Of a DNA stretch of 64,000 nucleotides, positions 1 to 12,958 are shown piece after piece. Made by a program: the position numbers and the translations under genes. Position 1 is the first letter of the stretch, and the number at the start of each line of letters is the position of its first letter. The DNA comes from Kudoa neothunni (Eukaryota; Animalia; Cnidaria): positions 7,231,635 to 7,295,634 of the forward strand of contig OZ199840.1 in assembly GCA_964304625.1 (NCBI GenBank), read 5' to 3'. The notes under the pieces were generated by a model. That model was not told the origin of the DNA. It saw only the letters and a list, made by a program, of their open reading frames with translations, and did not search any database.

Positions 1-2642
1 CAGTTCGACTATTTTCTTCCCTTACAAAAGATACCAAAATATTCAAAGTAATCGACTGATAGCTGACAGTATGCGGTATTTAATTTTTAGAATTTGATCT
101 CAGGTGCGGGAGTTGAAGGAAATGTTGATCATCCTGAGGCTTCATTTGATGCTTTATTACAAATAACAATATGCAAAGAAAAGGTAACACAATTTCTTAG
201 TTGTTCTGAATTATAATTTTCAAATAAACACAAACTATGTTGCTAAATATCTTCGTATGTGCCAATTATCTTTATTTTCGTATTTTTAATAATAATAAAT
301 AATGATAATCGAACCATAATTTACTCTAATACACTTTAAGTAACCAAGCAGCACGAAAAACCCTTTTTATTTTTATTTTCAATATTGAACTTAAATTTTT
401 TGGTTTCTGATGAAGGCGTCATATTGTTTTTGTAGATAAAATGGAGGGATAATGCAAGAAAAATAGTTTTAGTAATAACTGACGAAATCCCTAAAGTTCC
501 CGGCCTTGAGAGCGTATTTTTTTGTACATGATTGGGATATATGCTTTTTTGATTGGATTAGTTGGCAAGAATCTTTAATCCAGCTACTGAAACATGCTAT
601 ATCCAAACGGACAATGTTGCGAATTATGAACAATGGGATGGAAATGATATGAGCTCACCATCAATAAGTTTTCTCAGAGAAATGCTCATTAAATACGAAG
701 TTATCCCAATATTTGCCATCCAAAGTACCGTTGAAAAATATTATGAAGTAAATTGGTGAGGCATTAAAAGAAAAAAAACTCAATTATGATTAGGTGATAA
801 AAAAATATTTAATTGACGCTGGCGCCGTCGTTGGTAATTTTCAAAGTTCTGACGAAGACAAATTTTTTCAGTTTGTCCAAGACAAATATGAAGTAACGAA
901 TCATTAAATGCTGGTCATTTAAGGGAATTTGAATGATTTAGGAACTGACAAGAGATATAAAAATCAGTGTACCACAAAGCCCAAAATATAAGGTCGAAAT
1001 CGTCACTACTTGCAGGTTATTTATTGAAAGTTATTGTGGGGGAATTCATAAAAATCTTATAGCGATGGAAACATTTCAAAAGATAATATCTGTAGAGATT
1101 CTCCTAAAGATAAATCTGTAAAATTTGACGTAAAAATCATTCCTGTAGAGTGTGATTTTAACGAAACGTAACCCAATTAAAATTGAATTCTCAACTAGAT
1201 TATAATGTAGCGTGCAAATAAGCTTTCCGGGTTACGGTAATGCTAACGTTAACATAGAATCAAAATGTGGATGTGCTTGTCAGGCCACCTCGGTACATTA
1301 ATTTGTTTCTTCGCCTGTTACTCTCATGCCAACTAACTAATTGATAATTATTTAGGAAGCTAAGAGCCAAAAATGCTCAAATAAAGGAAGCCTAACATGT
1401 GGTGCATGTGTTTGTGATAATGATAGGTGGGAATCATGCCACGTTTTTTATATCAATTTACTATAAACGTTATTTAGATGGGGACCAACATGTAGCTGCA
1501 ATAAAACTTCAAGTACTATTGACACTTGCAAAGACGAAAATACAGGATTGATTTGTAACAATCAGGGAGAATGTGACTGTGGAAAATGTGAATGCGTAAG
1601 AGCCAAGATATATTCAGCAATTGTTGATAGTTTATCTAGTACACTGGAGCGTATGGAGATAAATGCGAGTGTCGAAACGATGATTGCCCCACATATTTAA
1701 GTGAAATATGTGGTGGAAACGGAGAATGTAAATGTGGCACATGTCAATGCAAACCAAATTATATTGGTGCAAATTGTGGCTCTAAAATCTGTGAAAAGTT
1801 CGTTGATCAGTGCAATAATAAAGATGGAGTATTATCAAAAAATAATGCATATTAACGAATTGATTATCCTTATAGGTGATGTGCAGTAATCAGGGAAGTT
1901 GCCAATGTGGTAAATGCCATTGTGATCACAATCATGTTGGAGAACATTGTGAAATATGTCGAGTACATATCATATCTATGGTGTTATCCTAACGCAAAAC
2001 TGATAATTAGACGTGCCGATTAAAATGTGAAACTTATGATTCATTGCTGAACATGCTATTGCATAGCAGTCCCAGCCTAGGTAATATTTATTTTTTGGGT
2101 TTATTTCTCGTAATTGCCACAAATACATTGCCTTAATTTGATAGAGGATATCCAAAAGGAATGTCCCTACTGCCGAGTTCATAAGGTCGAATCTCTAGAG
2201 GGTAACCCATTCTTAAAACAGAAATTATTGTAAATATCGATATATATATATATATATCTTTCTAATAGATAAAACAGATACTAAATGCTACTTTGTGAGA
2301 GGAACTTGTAAAACTCCGTTTATATTGAAAACGAATGAGGATCTGTCAGTTGATATTTTCTACGTGGATTTCGACAGCAATAAAGATTGCAATACTAAAC
2401 TGATTATTGCTGCTTCTGTAGGGACTTTAGTGGGGATTTTAGTGCTTCTTATCATAATAGCGCTCATTGCAATCAAGGTCATCCTATACATCATTGATCG
2501 TAATGAGTATAGAAAGTTCATGGATGAAAGAAATCGCGCCAACTGGGAAACGGTATCTATAAACGTTATTCACCTGGTTTGGCTAATTATTCTCACCTTT
2601 TAGAATGAGAATCCATTATACGAAACTGGACAAGCCGATTAA
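1..2642 (+). CDS. ITGB: Integrin beta subunit, multi-exon, 5' part outside the window
   Basis: Hand-spliced exons give the betaA-domain GNVDHPEASFDALLQITIC and IKWRDNARKIVLVITD. These are followed by the hybrid domain, Cys-rich I-EGF repeats (CSNKGSLTCGACVC, CNNQGECDCGKCEC), a TM helix and the tail IDRNEYRKFMDERNRANWET|NENPLYETGQAD* (TAA 2640-2642). GT-AG introns are mostly 43-63 nt. Confidence 0.95.
2241..2257. repeat. (TA)n microsatellite; similar tracts at ~19765-19784 and ~54649-54665
   Basis: Direct inspection. Confidence 0.8.
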
Positions 2643-3014
2643 TGTTGTCCGGTTAAATCTACCTGAAATATCCATCATTATTATAAAGAGTTGTGCTAGA
2701 TTATTGATAGAATATTACATTATTATTTTGTTTTTTAAAATATAATCCTATCATTATTTGAGTGCCCTATTAACTATAAACTTACTGCCACATTTTTTTT
2801 TAACACAACAAAAATTTTAATATAGGCAGATATAAAATTTTTACATAAAATTATTGTTCGTATCTGCGTCCAAAACTTTCCAAAACTGGATAAAAATATC
2901 AGAAATTGTAACAATTGATTCTTAAAAATTTCCCTCATTTGGACATTTGAATATAAAAAAAATTAACGGACAAATAAAATTACAGTTCTCATTTTAAAAT
3001 ATTAATAAAAACAC

Positions 3015-3422
3015 AAAAAACCTCAAAGACGCTTATGGTGTACAGATGAATTGGGAGCTAGGCTATAAATTGAGACCACATAGTAATTCGCGATTTCAAC
3101 CTCAGCTCCAACAGTGTCATTGCTTTTGCGATTAAACGTCCTTAGTTCGTAATGAAAGTTGTGGTTGAGTGAAAGCTCATTGAATGTATGATGCAACTGC
3201 ATTGATAGTTCGACTAAGCGTGAAAGGTTAGGGTTAGACGTTTTGATTGTAGTAGACTTATTAAGTAAGAAAAATATTGTAGCCGCAACCCAAAGAAGCA
3301 AACGCTCGTTAAGGGTTAGAGAAAGTGGAGACGGTTGTCGGCCCGGCTAGTCGGAACTCCACAGCTTCTAATAAGCTGCCCTAAGAGTTAATTTTGTGAG
3401 CAACAAAAATTTAATTGCCGCC
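3015..3422 (-). ncRNA. Candidate structured ncRNA, possibly telomerase RNA or an H/ACA RNA
   Basis: Upstream TATAAATA, terminal T6, CUAACCCUAACC at 3237-3226, several stems found by eye, box H-like AAAGCA (3126-3121), a long hairpin (3120-3046) and ACA (3041-3039). No convincing protein product. Confidence 0.4.
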
Positions 3423-3444
3423 ATTATTATCCTAAACTAGCTAG

Positions 3445-3452
3445 TATTTATA
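3445..3452 (-). promoter_or_regulatory. TATA box (TATAAATA) upstream of the candidate ncRNA
   Basis: CCCCTATAAATA on the minus strand, ~25-30 nt before the more GC-rich structured segment begins. Confidence 0.4.
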
Positions 3453-4152
3453 GGGGGAATGAAAATTATTTTCGTTAGAATATACTGTGTTAAATTTTAT
3501 CGCTCGTTTTCATTCTTTGGTAAAAAAATAATTCAAGAGAGTTAAATTACATTAAGGAATTCAATTTGAGGGAGGCCTATGAAAATTTCGAAATATAAGC
3601 TAAAACATTTCATGGCCGGCCTTTTTGTAACAATTTTTGATTGGATTACAACTTTATTCGTCGTTTAAATTGTATAGAAACTCTTAATATGCTATGTTTA
3701 CATCCAAATCTCTACATCGAAAGATCATGGACATACGACATTACTGACATAAGATGTGAAGATTTCAAAAATATCATATTTACACGAATAACATTATTTA
3801 AATTAATGATCTATTACATGCATCAAATCGGACCACATAACAGCTATGGGTCACAGGAGTAAACAAAAATCGAGTCACTTTAAACTCAAACAAAATTTTC
3901 CGATCCTTCAAGAATATTGTAAATCGTTTCGTCTTAATATATGATGAATTTATTGAGATAATTAAGGGATGCAGGGAGAATCTGATAAAAATTTCTGTTT
4001 TTAACTTAGTTCTCATGACAATGAAATAATAGGCTTCTAATTGTTCCTAGACTATCTGTCATGGAACCAGTACGATATCATCAGATTCATATTGTATCAA
4101 CTGAACGATATAGGAATTCACCGGAAAAAGCATCGCATGCAACCAATACTTA

Positions 4153-4611
4153 CAGTATTTCACGACCAAGATGCAAACATGGCGCATATCTATTAAAATG
4201 TGAAACTTTCTTTTAAAAATGTCAATTAAACTTTAAACAAAGCTATGTAACGCTGAAATAACAGAGGATGATTAAATTTTATTCATATATATTTTCTATT
4301 TCTAATCGTTAATTTCTTCTGACCCTGTTTCATTTATCCTTTGGACAATTCTACTTATCGTAGATTCATGAATGCCCAGAGACTCAGATATTTGACGATT
4401 GGTCTTCCCATTCTGAATGGCTTTAGAAATTATATCAAAATATGAATACTTGGAGTTGTTGGAAAATCTTTTCCCTATCTTTCTTATTAACAATTTCGTA
4501 TTTTATTTTTATTTTATTAATAATTTCTGGTTCAGCAGGCATATCTGAATCTTAATTCTTAAAAAATAACTAGCGCGCGCGGCATGTTTGCATCTTGGTC
4601 GTGAAATACTG
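4153..4611 (-). mobile_element. Internally deleted Tc1/mariner element
   Basis: Perfect 29-bp TIRs CAGTATTTCACGACCAAGATGCAAACATG with TA on both flanks. The internal ORF 4302-4493 encodes a transposase N-terminal HTH (GKTNRQISESLGIHESTISRIVQRINETGS). Confidence 0.9.
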
Positions 4612-4698
4612 TATCGAAGTTTCCACATTAATCCATTAGAGAGAAAGCTTCAAAACAAACAAAGAAAAAAAATCATTTGTTAAAAAACATCATATAAA

Positions 4699-5854
4699 TT
4701 AATTGAGAATAGATTTTGTATAGTAAACATGGTCCCTTTGAGCTTTAACCTGACGATGCCAGCGATTAACACGCTGTTGGAACAACCCGTACATATTTTT
4801 GGGGGCCCGATGAGGTATCGGTGGGGAAGTCACATAGTTTGGATCAGCATTAGCTTCTTCTATTAACGGATCATCATCCTATGACGATTACATATAATGA
4901 GGTTAAATACGAATGACAGAAAATAATAACTAACCGATATACAAACTTCGGCGACATTTTGAGAACATTTTCTTTCAATAAAAACGACATAAAAAACTGT
5001 ATAGGCTCCAAGGAGACCGATAAGAATTAGTGTAATCAAAACAATTGACTAAAAAAGATCACTACAGAAAGGAACCGAATCCAATGTGATTACTTTGACT
5101 AAAATAATATTTCTGATCTCGAAGGTGCAAGTACAGAGGGAACAAACTGGTTTTTTCTCCTCAGGGACGATCAGTTCACATTTACTAGGCAAAGATCATT
5201 ATAGGCAATCAGATAAAGAACATAAATGTGAACAGACATGTTTAATAACGTAAATATTTATTAGTTGGATTGAAAAAATTAAAAAAGAGACGTCCATGTG
5301 AGGACACGTAGATATTTGAATTTCGAGTAATATTTTGAATAAATTGGTATTTTATTAAATTTCTCGTTATATATGAGATTACAGATAGGATAATTTAATA
5401 TCCCTTTGTTTTTGAAACAATAAAATAAACAGTAATAATTATCGATTTATTTCCCCCCATAGGAAATGTATAAATCAAGACAGGGCGCGTAATTTCTAAA
5501 CAAAATTACTTTCGTTGTTTGTCAAATGAATAATATCAATAAGTAATAGCATTCCTTATTAATAAGAAGTAATGGGAGATCCTCATAGGAATTATTTATA
5601 GAAATTCTCGGTAAAAATGTATCCATATCTTAGCTTAAACAGTACGTTCGGAATTACCATTTTGAAGCCTCCACCACATTCGAATCAATATAAACAGCTA
5701 TTTCAGTGGCACTCGATACGGGACATCGGCACGAACAGCGTTGATCAACTTTTTGAATACTCCATATATTCTATATTTGAATATATATTAACATAAAGAG
5801 TAATTGAAAACCAACGTCAAAGGTCAAAGATAGTAAAACTAGGAATATCAACAT
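4699..5854 (-). CDS. TMEM9: TMEM9/TMEM9B-family membrane protein, about 5 exons
   Basis: Spliced product: signal peptide MLIFLVLLSLTFD, DQRCSCRCP, CKCELIV...CSLCTCTFEIRN, TM segment SIVLITLILIGLLGAYTVFYVVFI, and C-terminal QRVNRWHRQVKAQRDHVYYTKSILN*. These match the family motifs DVRCKCICP and QQRWKxQVQEQRKxVFDRH. Confidence 0.85.
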
Positions 5855-6611
5855 CCTATCCTATCTGCATACATAGAAACGACTTGTTAGGCCAGCAAAA
5901 ATCAGTGAATACGACTAACTCTATAATCAATCGAGAATGCCCGATTAAGATGTTTATTATCTGTTCCTTAAAGATTAAGCTTTAGCTTAGAGGTTTTTAT
6001 TGAAATAAAGTCAATTATATTTTAAATATGTGACAATCATGTCGAATCTGAGATTAAGCATTCGGCCTCTAAATAATAGTTGAGATTTATAATAAATGAT
6101 TGTATTTTTTTCTATTTAATTAAATAGAATAACCATTAGTCATGTGTAAAAAAAGAGGAGAATCAAAATCGTGATATATAATTCTCGATCATACATCACG
6201 CACAGTTTTCCATTCACGCATGCGAAAACGAAATAATATATTTCGATATATTCTATTAGAATTGAAGAATTGAGAATTCATGAATCATTAAATAACTTTA
6301 AATCATAAATTTTTCTAATTAGACAGACTAATCCTGTAGAATAAAGCATCTAATTTTGATGCTTCAAAAATTTGAGGATTATTGATTATTACCAATGTAT
6401 TCTCAAATTATTCTTTTGCTTCAACACTTTTTATATTGAACTAATATTAAAATAATATAGATTTGAAATTAATTAAAAAAAAATAAATTCTTTGACAATA
6501 ATTTCAAGTGTCTATCTATCTATCTATCAAGGTAGAAAATGGGTATTTATTTGCATTAGCAGATGCAGACACGTGCATAAAAACGCACAAAAATTTAAAT
6601 TTAAAATATTA

Positions 6612-7620
6612 TCAAAGATTGTTGTGAAATTTGTATAAAAAATTTCGCTCCTTATCCTTATTAAGAAAACAAATTGAACGATATTTCATACATTTGAATT
6701 TAGTTCTCTTTTGGTAAACCCTACATCTTGAATGTGTTGTGATTATTTTGGAGAAATGTCGAAACATGTTTAAACAGACTTCTACACTCGAAGGATTAGT
6801 ATTCATTCTTTTTTATCGACGTTCGTATAATTTTTTCCATCGCCACTCAAAAAATATTACGCACTTGCGTTTTCGCGCGAATATTAAGTATTTGTCGTTT
6901 TTCCACAAGAAGCCATTGTAAAATTTAAGTTGGCTTTTAAGTAAGAAAATAATTAATTATATAGTCGTGAAATTTCAAATAAAAATTTGAGGTCCATTTA
7001 TGTTCCATTTATTACTCAGAGGAGTTTTTAAATCTTTATTACGTTATTGTTTAGTTTTTCAAAATATATTTTTAACAGAATAAGTTATAAAGGTGTAGGA
7101 AAAATCTGAAAGCTGGAAATTTCTTAATTTTAGAGGGAATTGAGTCTCAACTCGTTCTGGGGTCTATTCTCATCCTATGTTAATTAGAAAGTTAAAATTA
7201 GTCAAGCAAAGCATTTTTTGATTACTTAAAATTTATTAGGATACTAACTGTTAAGCCAAGAAACCATCGTTTAAATATGACAATATTAAGGTAAAGTTAT
7301 TCGTGTTTATACAGCCGTTAATATTATACAGAGGGGGGTTTACAGATAACGGTATCTCAGACTTGTTGTAAATACATCACCGATAGGTAATGGATTATTT
7401 TAGAAATCCACACACAATTTTCCAGTCTCAATACTAAAATAAAAAAATTTTGAAAATTGATTAACAAACCTTTTTGATGATAGCTTAGCATTAGATAACA
7501 CCAACATTAAAGTTTTGTCCATAATCCATGCATTCAGAATTCCAACATACAAAATATGCCTCGTGGTAATGTCAAAAGAATCCGAGGATATGATGACTGT
7601 GCATCGAAATTAACGATGAA
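6612..7620 (-). pseudogene. Highly degraded piggyBac-like transposase fragments
   Basis: Decayed C-terminal Cys-rich region HSRCRVYQKRTKFKCMKYRSICF...NFLYKFH, and VGILNAWIM near 7540. Confidence 0.35.
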
Positions 7621-8593
7621 AGACTTAATATTTTAGTCTTAATTAGAGCATAAAATTTAAAAATATGTTTATTTTCATAAATCTTTGGCATATCCTTTTT
7701 AGTCTGAATCTCCGTATTATATGGGGTTTAAGAATAAATTGTTAAAAAGTATAATTGTAACTTGCATTGGTAAACCTCTTCTGCATATATTTTAGTTTTA
7801 AATAAAGCATCACGTCAATTATAAAAACATTTATTTGAAGATTTCTCTTAAATAAGTCAACTATACTGCTAAATTTCTACTTTTTGAAATTTGTCGTAAT
7901 TTCCTACGTTTGAAAAAAATTGTGATTATGTGAACATTCAAAAGTTAAGTTAAAAGTGGAAAAATAGGACGTCATTGGAAACGGTGGTTCTGGCCAATAT
8001 ACTTACCATCAAAAGGACGATTGGAATAATCGATTGAATCAATAAAGCAATGTATAATTTAAAAATTATTATCAATATTATATAATATTTCTGGGAAAAT
8101 GGTTTTTTCCAAATTAATTTATCAATCAAATTCAGGGTAAGTATCATTTAATGATGATCTTATCATCCGCATTTTCATTTAAAATCGGCATGTAATTATT
8201 GCGCCATTAACATAATATGCATATTTAAACATATATCTAAACATTAATTTCTTGATGGTATTCTATCTATACAATGACGATTTCCAACTTCAAGATTCAT
8301 CGCGATTTATTAAACAACCAGTCGACTTGCGTCAGTTATTCGTTATACGTTCACGTAGTAACCATCGTACTCTTTGATAAAAACTGAGTCAATTAGTCCA
8401 AAATTGTTTAAGTAAATTTAAAATCATGCTTTATATTGCGTAAAAAATTCTTTTGAGGATCATGGCAAATATCTTTATTAAGACGGAATTCTTTTGGTAA
8501 CTATTGCGACATGAATTTTAAAACCCTAGCTATCTACTTTAATATCAGTATCGTTATTTTGAAATTAAAAAATTTATTATAAAATAAAATTTA

Positions 8594-10192
8594 CTGAAGA
8601 CGGTGGCTATTCTCATGGAAACGAATAACTCTTCCGTTATAGATGATATTTCGAATTTGACTTCATATTTGAATTTAACTATTTTTAATCTAATTTTTTA
8701 AGTAAAAATTGTTTGAAAATTTAAAGAATAAAAATTCAACACTTTGTCTGCCCTATTTACACTGTTCAATAAGTACACTCATGGTTTTGAGCCTAATATT
8801 TTGTGATATAAACATTTTAATTGAAATAAAATGTAAAAACATTGACCAATAAGTAGAAACTGTTCTGTTCGTGCATTCTCGTGTCATCATCATGTCTGAA
8901 TATGCGCGTGAATCCTATTTGATTATGGGCTTTCTATTTCGTGAGACTGTTTCTAAGTTTTAAAGAACTTTGAAATAATTGAAATCTGTAGAACAAGTTT
9001 ATATATTACATTCAGTTGGAGACGAGAAATTTAAAATTTCATAAGATTAATATACCAATTGCATGGAATAAATCTGAAAAGTGATGTCATTATTGCTTCC
9101 TATGAAGCGCTGTTAAATTGATTTGCTCAAACCTATACCTTTTATTAAAAAATAATATTTTACTATTAAAATTTTGAATGTGGTTATTTTGGAGAAATTT
9201 TTGTTGGACGCACAGCTAAACAACCATGGCTAATGGATAGGTTTATCAATTCTTCGTTGGAGTGAAAATTGATTTTTCTGAACTATAAAATTACAAATTC
9301 CTCGGTATCAGGAAGAAAATGTTTGCAATCTTAAAATGAAATTTTTCAGAACAATTCAAAGTGCTCAAGGACGAATTAACCGTTATTTTAACTCCAACAT
9401 TATTTATTATAATACTTACTACACTTCTCCGTTGGCTCGCTTTACAAAAGTCAAAGCAAAGAAACCCCAAAAATCACCATTCAACAATTTTCATTTTATA
9501 AATTTACCCATTGAGACATTACCAGAGGAATGAATGAAGATAATTTAGAATCACACTGCTTTTTAAAAATTGATAAATGAATTTAAATTTAAGAGCAAAC
9601 CTATACTTCTTAATTTAAACTCATAGGTTCCAGTATTTATAGGTTCTGTACCCACGAATAGGCACCATGAAAACCTTTCTCATACTTCTGAGTAAAGTAA
9701 ATGCATTTGTTGGGACAACAAAACGAACATTCCTCGAAATTATGGTACTATCTTACAAATACGTATGAAAAGTGGTTTACACCGATGTAAAATAGTTCGA
9801 ATCCAATTAATATCCATTAATTAACGACAATTTTGTTAAATTCATATTAAAAAATGTTCACATAGAAACGTACATGTTTCGTAAATGATTGGAGATGACT
9901 TATTCTAAGTTAAACTGAGTGTGTTGAGACGTATTAAACTAAAGGTTTCTAACCACCATTACATGTGTTTACATTTCGTTTCAACCAAAATGTTTATATC
10001 ACAAAATATTAGGCTCAAAACTATGAGTGTACTTATTAAACAGTGTAAATAGGGCAGACAAAGTGTTGAATTTTTATTCTTTAAATTTTCAAACAATTTT
10101 TACTTAAAAAATTAGATTAAAAATAGCTAAATTCAAAATATCGTCTATAACGGAAGAGTTATTCGTTTCCATGAGAATAGCCACTGCCTTTA
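8594..10192. mobile_element. Non-autonomous element with ~230-250-bp terminal inverted repeats (foldback/MULE-like)
   Basis: 8594-8843 is a near-perfect reverse complement of 9963-10192, with one ~18-nt insertion in the left arm. No clear TSD and no transposase ORF. Confidence 0.75.
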
Positions 10193-10242
10193 CTACACCT
10201 TTACTTAATTTAAACATAATCTGTTATATTCAACCAATAATA

Positions 10243-12442
10243 CAGTAGGCAACCGATATTACGCACGTGCATCGATGCGATGTATTCAAGGTTTATTATA
10301 TTTGATGAAACATTTTGTAATATTTTTGTGATTGTAACAAGATAGAAGTCATAAAAATATTTTTGAACTAAACTAGGAAATTATCAATCTGTTATATCAC
10401 GTGACCAATAGATAGTGTGCACTTTTCTCGGCCAAACCAAATCACGTAGATTTTATTGTTTTTATTGTAAGCGAGAGGAAATTTTAATTCTGAAGGTTGA
10501 ATTTTTTAACAAAGAGAAAAGTTTTTTGAGATATCTATCAAAAAATGATCATTTCCATGAAAATTAAAATAGAATCAATTTTGTTTCAGGAAAATGTTAG
10601 TTGACAATTAAAGAATGGTATAGATTCACATAAATAAAGATTTTACGATTAAAATATAAAAAATATTTTCATATTATTCTAAAAGGTGAATAAGAAATAA
10701 ATAATATTTACAGTTTTTTAGAACTGGCCGGCCATTCACCAAATTTTATCCCACTGTAATATAAAAAGAGATAAATATTTTATCAACAAATATGATTAAA
10801 AGAAATATTGTTAATTATTTTTCAGCCATATAATCTTGATAATATTTTTTGTTATTCTATTTAAAGAAACGGTGTAACACCCCCGCTGAAAAATAAAGAA
10901 AACACAAAATAACATTAGCCCGCGCACGCACATTGGGTGCGTTTTATCGGTTGCAACCAGGCAGGATGTCCGAATTTTGGGGGTTTCCCAAAGATCTTGA
11001 GATTTTCCTATTAACCTTGGGTTCTTGGGGTTTTTTTCACTTTTAGCCAAATCCTGAATTTTTTTGTTGATTTACAAAACTTAGATTATTGAATTCATTG
11101 ATATCAGTCTATAAATAATAAGTTTTACAATTAGGTAGAATAATCATATTTATTGTTTTAGTGATGGAGAGAATCAAAATTATTCGAAATTTTAAAAAGA
11201 TATCGCGGTCGTCGGCAACGCGCTGTTTTCCGACCCCTGGATAATTGTTATTTAATTAATTGTTCTTATTATTCTGTGATTGTATTTGTGTATTTCAACG
11301 CTGTCTTAGAATTTTCTAGTTTTTTAAATAACACATTTTGAAGTTATTGACGTATATTACTTTAAAGTATGCGTGAAATTTCAAACGGAGACCAAAAAGA
11401 GCGTGGGATAATATGTGCTCTAATCAAGATTGATTAAAAGCGGATTTTAAATACCAGTTTTTGCATTCAAAGCCGGACTTGTTGCAATCAAAACAGGAAT
11501 ACTTTAGTTTGCGGTTAATGACAATTTTTCCTCTTTATTTAATAATGTTAGATAAAAAAGAGAAGTTTATATGTATAGGTACCAAATATGCATATTATTT
11601 TAATCTAATTACGATTGAGATTCATAAGAGAGAAACATTAACTAAAGAATGTCTCCGAATTCTGAAAATAACCTTTTAGATAATGTTCAGTCAACTTATT
11701 TCAGGCATTTCTCATATCTATATCTCCTCTAATAATATTTTTGAATGAATTAGTAGCCCTATATTTTTTAGTCAAATCATTTAGCGCTAATCTCGGAATT
11801 CTTAAATCCTCGGAAACTTCTTTCCTGCCTTACTCCTTGTTACCGACAAGATGGCAAGCAAGAGCTCTATTATCTTCAGTATGATGCATTTTTCTTGACA
11901 CCTTCAATGCCGCTTGATTTAGATCTAGTATCAGTTGCGACGAATCCGGTATTGGCTTGATCAAGATGCTAAGGACAGAAATTCCAGCTACTGCAAATGT
12001 TGAACGAATTTATTGATTAATGAACACAGTAAAAAATAATCAAACTAACTCATTAAAGGCTGAAACTGTAAAATGTAAACTTATCGCAAAGCAGTCGGTC
12101 AGAAGAAATAATAAATTGTGTCTGACGTCGCAACCAACAAATAAACTAATACATGATGTGAGCAGGGGTGTTATGAGCCAACGATACCTTATCTTGAGCG
12201 CTTGAAAAATAGATCAACCTTCCCAACTGAGGGTTGTGAAGATGATGAGTACGATTCAATTGACGACAATAATTAGAAAACGCGTTTAAAATAAAAATTT
12301 TTGTTATTTTAATAATACTATTGTGTTTACTTGTCGACCTTGGGGTTTTTCCGACAGTCTCATTGGACGCCCTGGTTGTAACGTTTAATACGCACTTTTT
12401 TTGCTGGTCCCGAGGGGATTACGTATTATCGGTTGCCAACCG
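10243..12442. mobile_element. pogo/Tigger-like MITE interrupted by a hAT insertion
   Basis: Imperfect TIRs CAGTAGGCAACCGATATTACG / CGTATTATCGGTTGCCAACCG with TA flanks. Confidence 0.6.
10958..12374 (+). mobile_element. Non-autonomous hAT element, copy 1
   Basis: Ends CAGG(CAGG)ATGTCCGAA...TTGGACGCCCTG; 8-bp TSD GTTGCAAC/GTTGTAAC; dimerisation-domain relic IPATANVERI...MNTVKNNQTNSLKAETVK. Homologous to 33667-38377 in inverted orientation. Confidence 0.85.
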
Positions 12443-12958
12443 TAGTAACTTATTTTTTTCAAAAACGAGAATAAAGTTTTGTTCTATATACCACCCATTA
12501 GAATTCGGCACGAGATATTTAAATACATAAAATTAAAGTTCTATCAATTTTTAACTCAATATTTAGTTTTAATTCAATTTACACAAAATCTATGAATCTT
12601 GTATTTCGGTATTTCCAGCAAACAAATAAATAATGGTTCAGTAATAGCAATTAAATAAATCCTAGTAGGTCACGATACAATCGAGGTAGAGCTATTTTAG
12701 AAAGATAGAACTCATGACAGATGAAGGCCGAATCAATGCTAATGACTATTAAAGAAATGTTGCAAATAATAAATAAGATTTTTACATAATTTTTGTACTT
12801 CACTAAATAATGTAATGATCTTGTTTATTTTTACAATATAATTATGGATAAATAATAGATTTGTTAGAAACTTTAGATCATATTCAACAATCTTAACACA
12901 TGAAAAATAATGATGGAATAAAGTAAAAATTTTAAGCAGATGAACTAACCTAAGGGTG

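Noticed and set aside
3023-3301. 92-aa ORF over the candidate ncRNA
   Set aside because: TTG start, in-frame stop shortly upstream, and no recognisable motif. The ATG at 3424 gives only 18 codons.
3046-3360. Short word matches to human RNase P RNA (GCUGAGGU, CCCAAUUCA, GACUAG)
   Set aside because: No CR-I/CR-V pair able to form the P4 helix could be found; probably chance.
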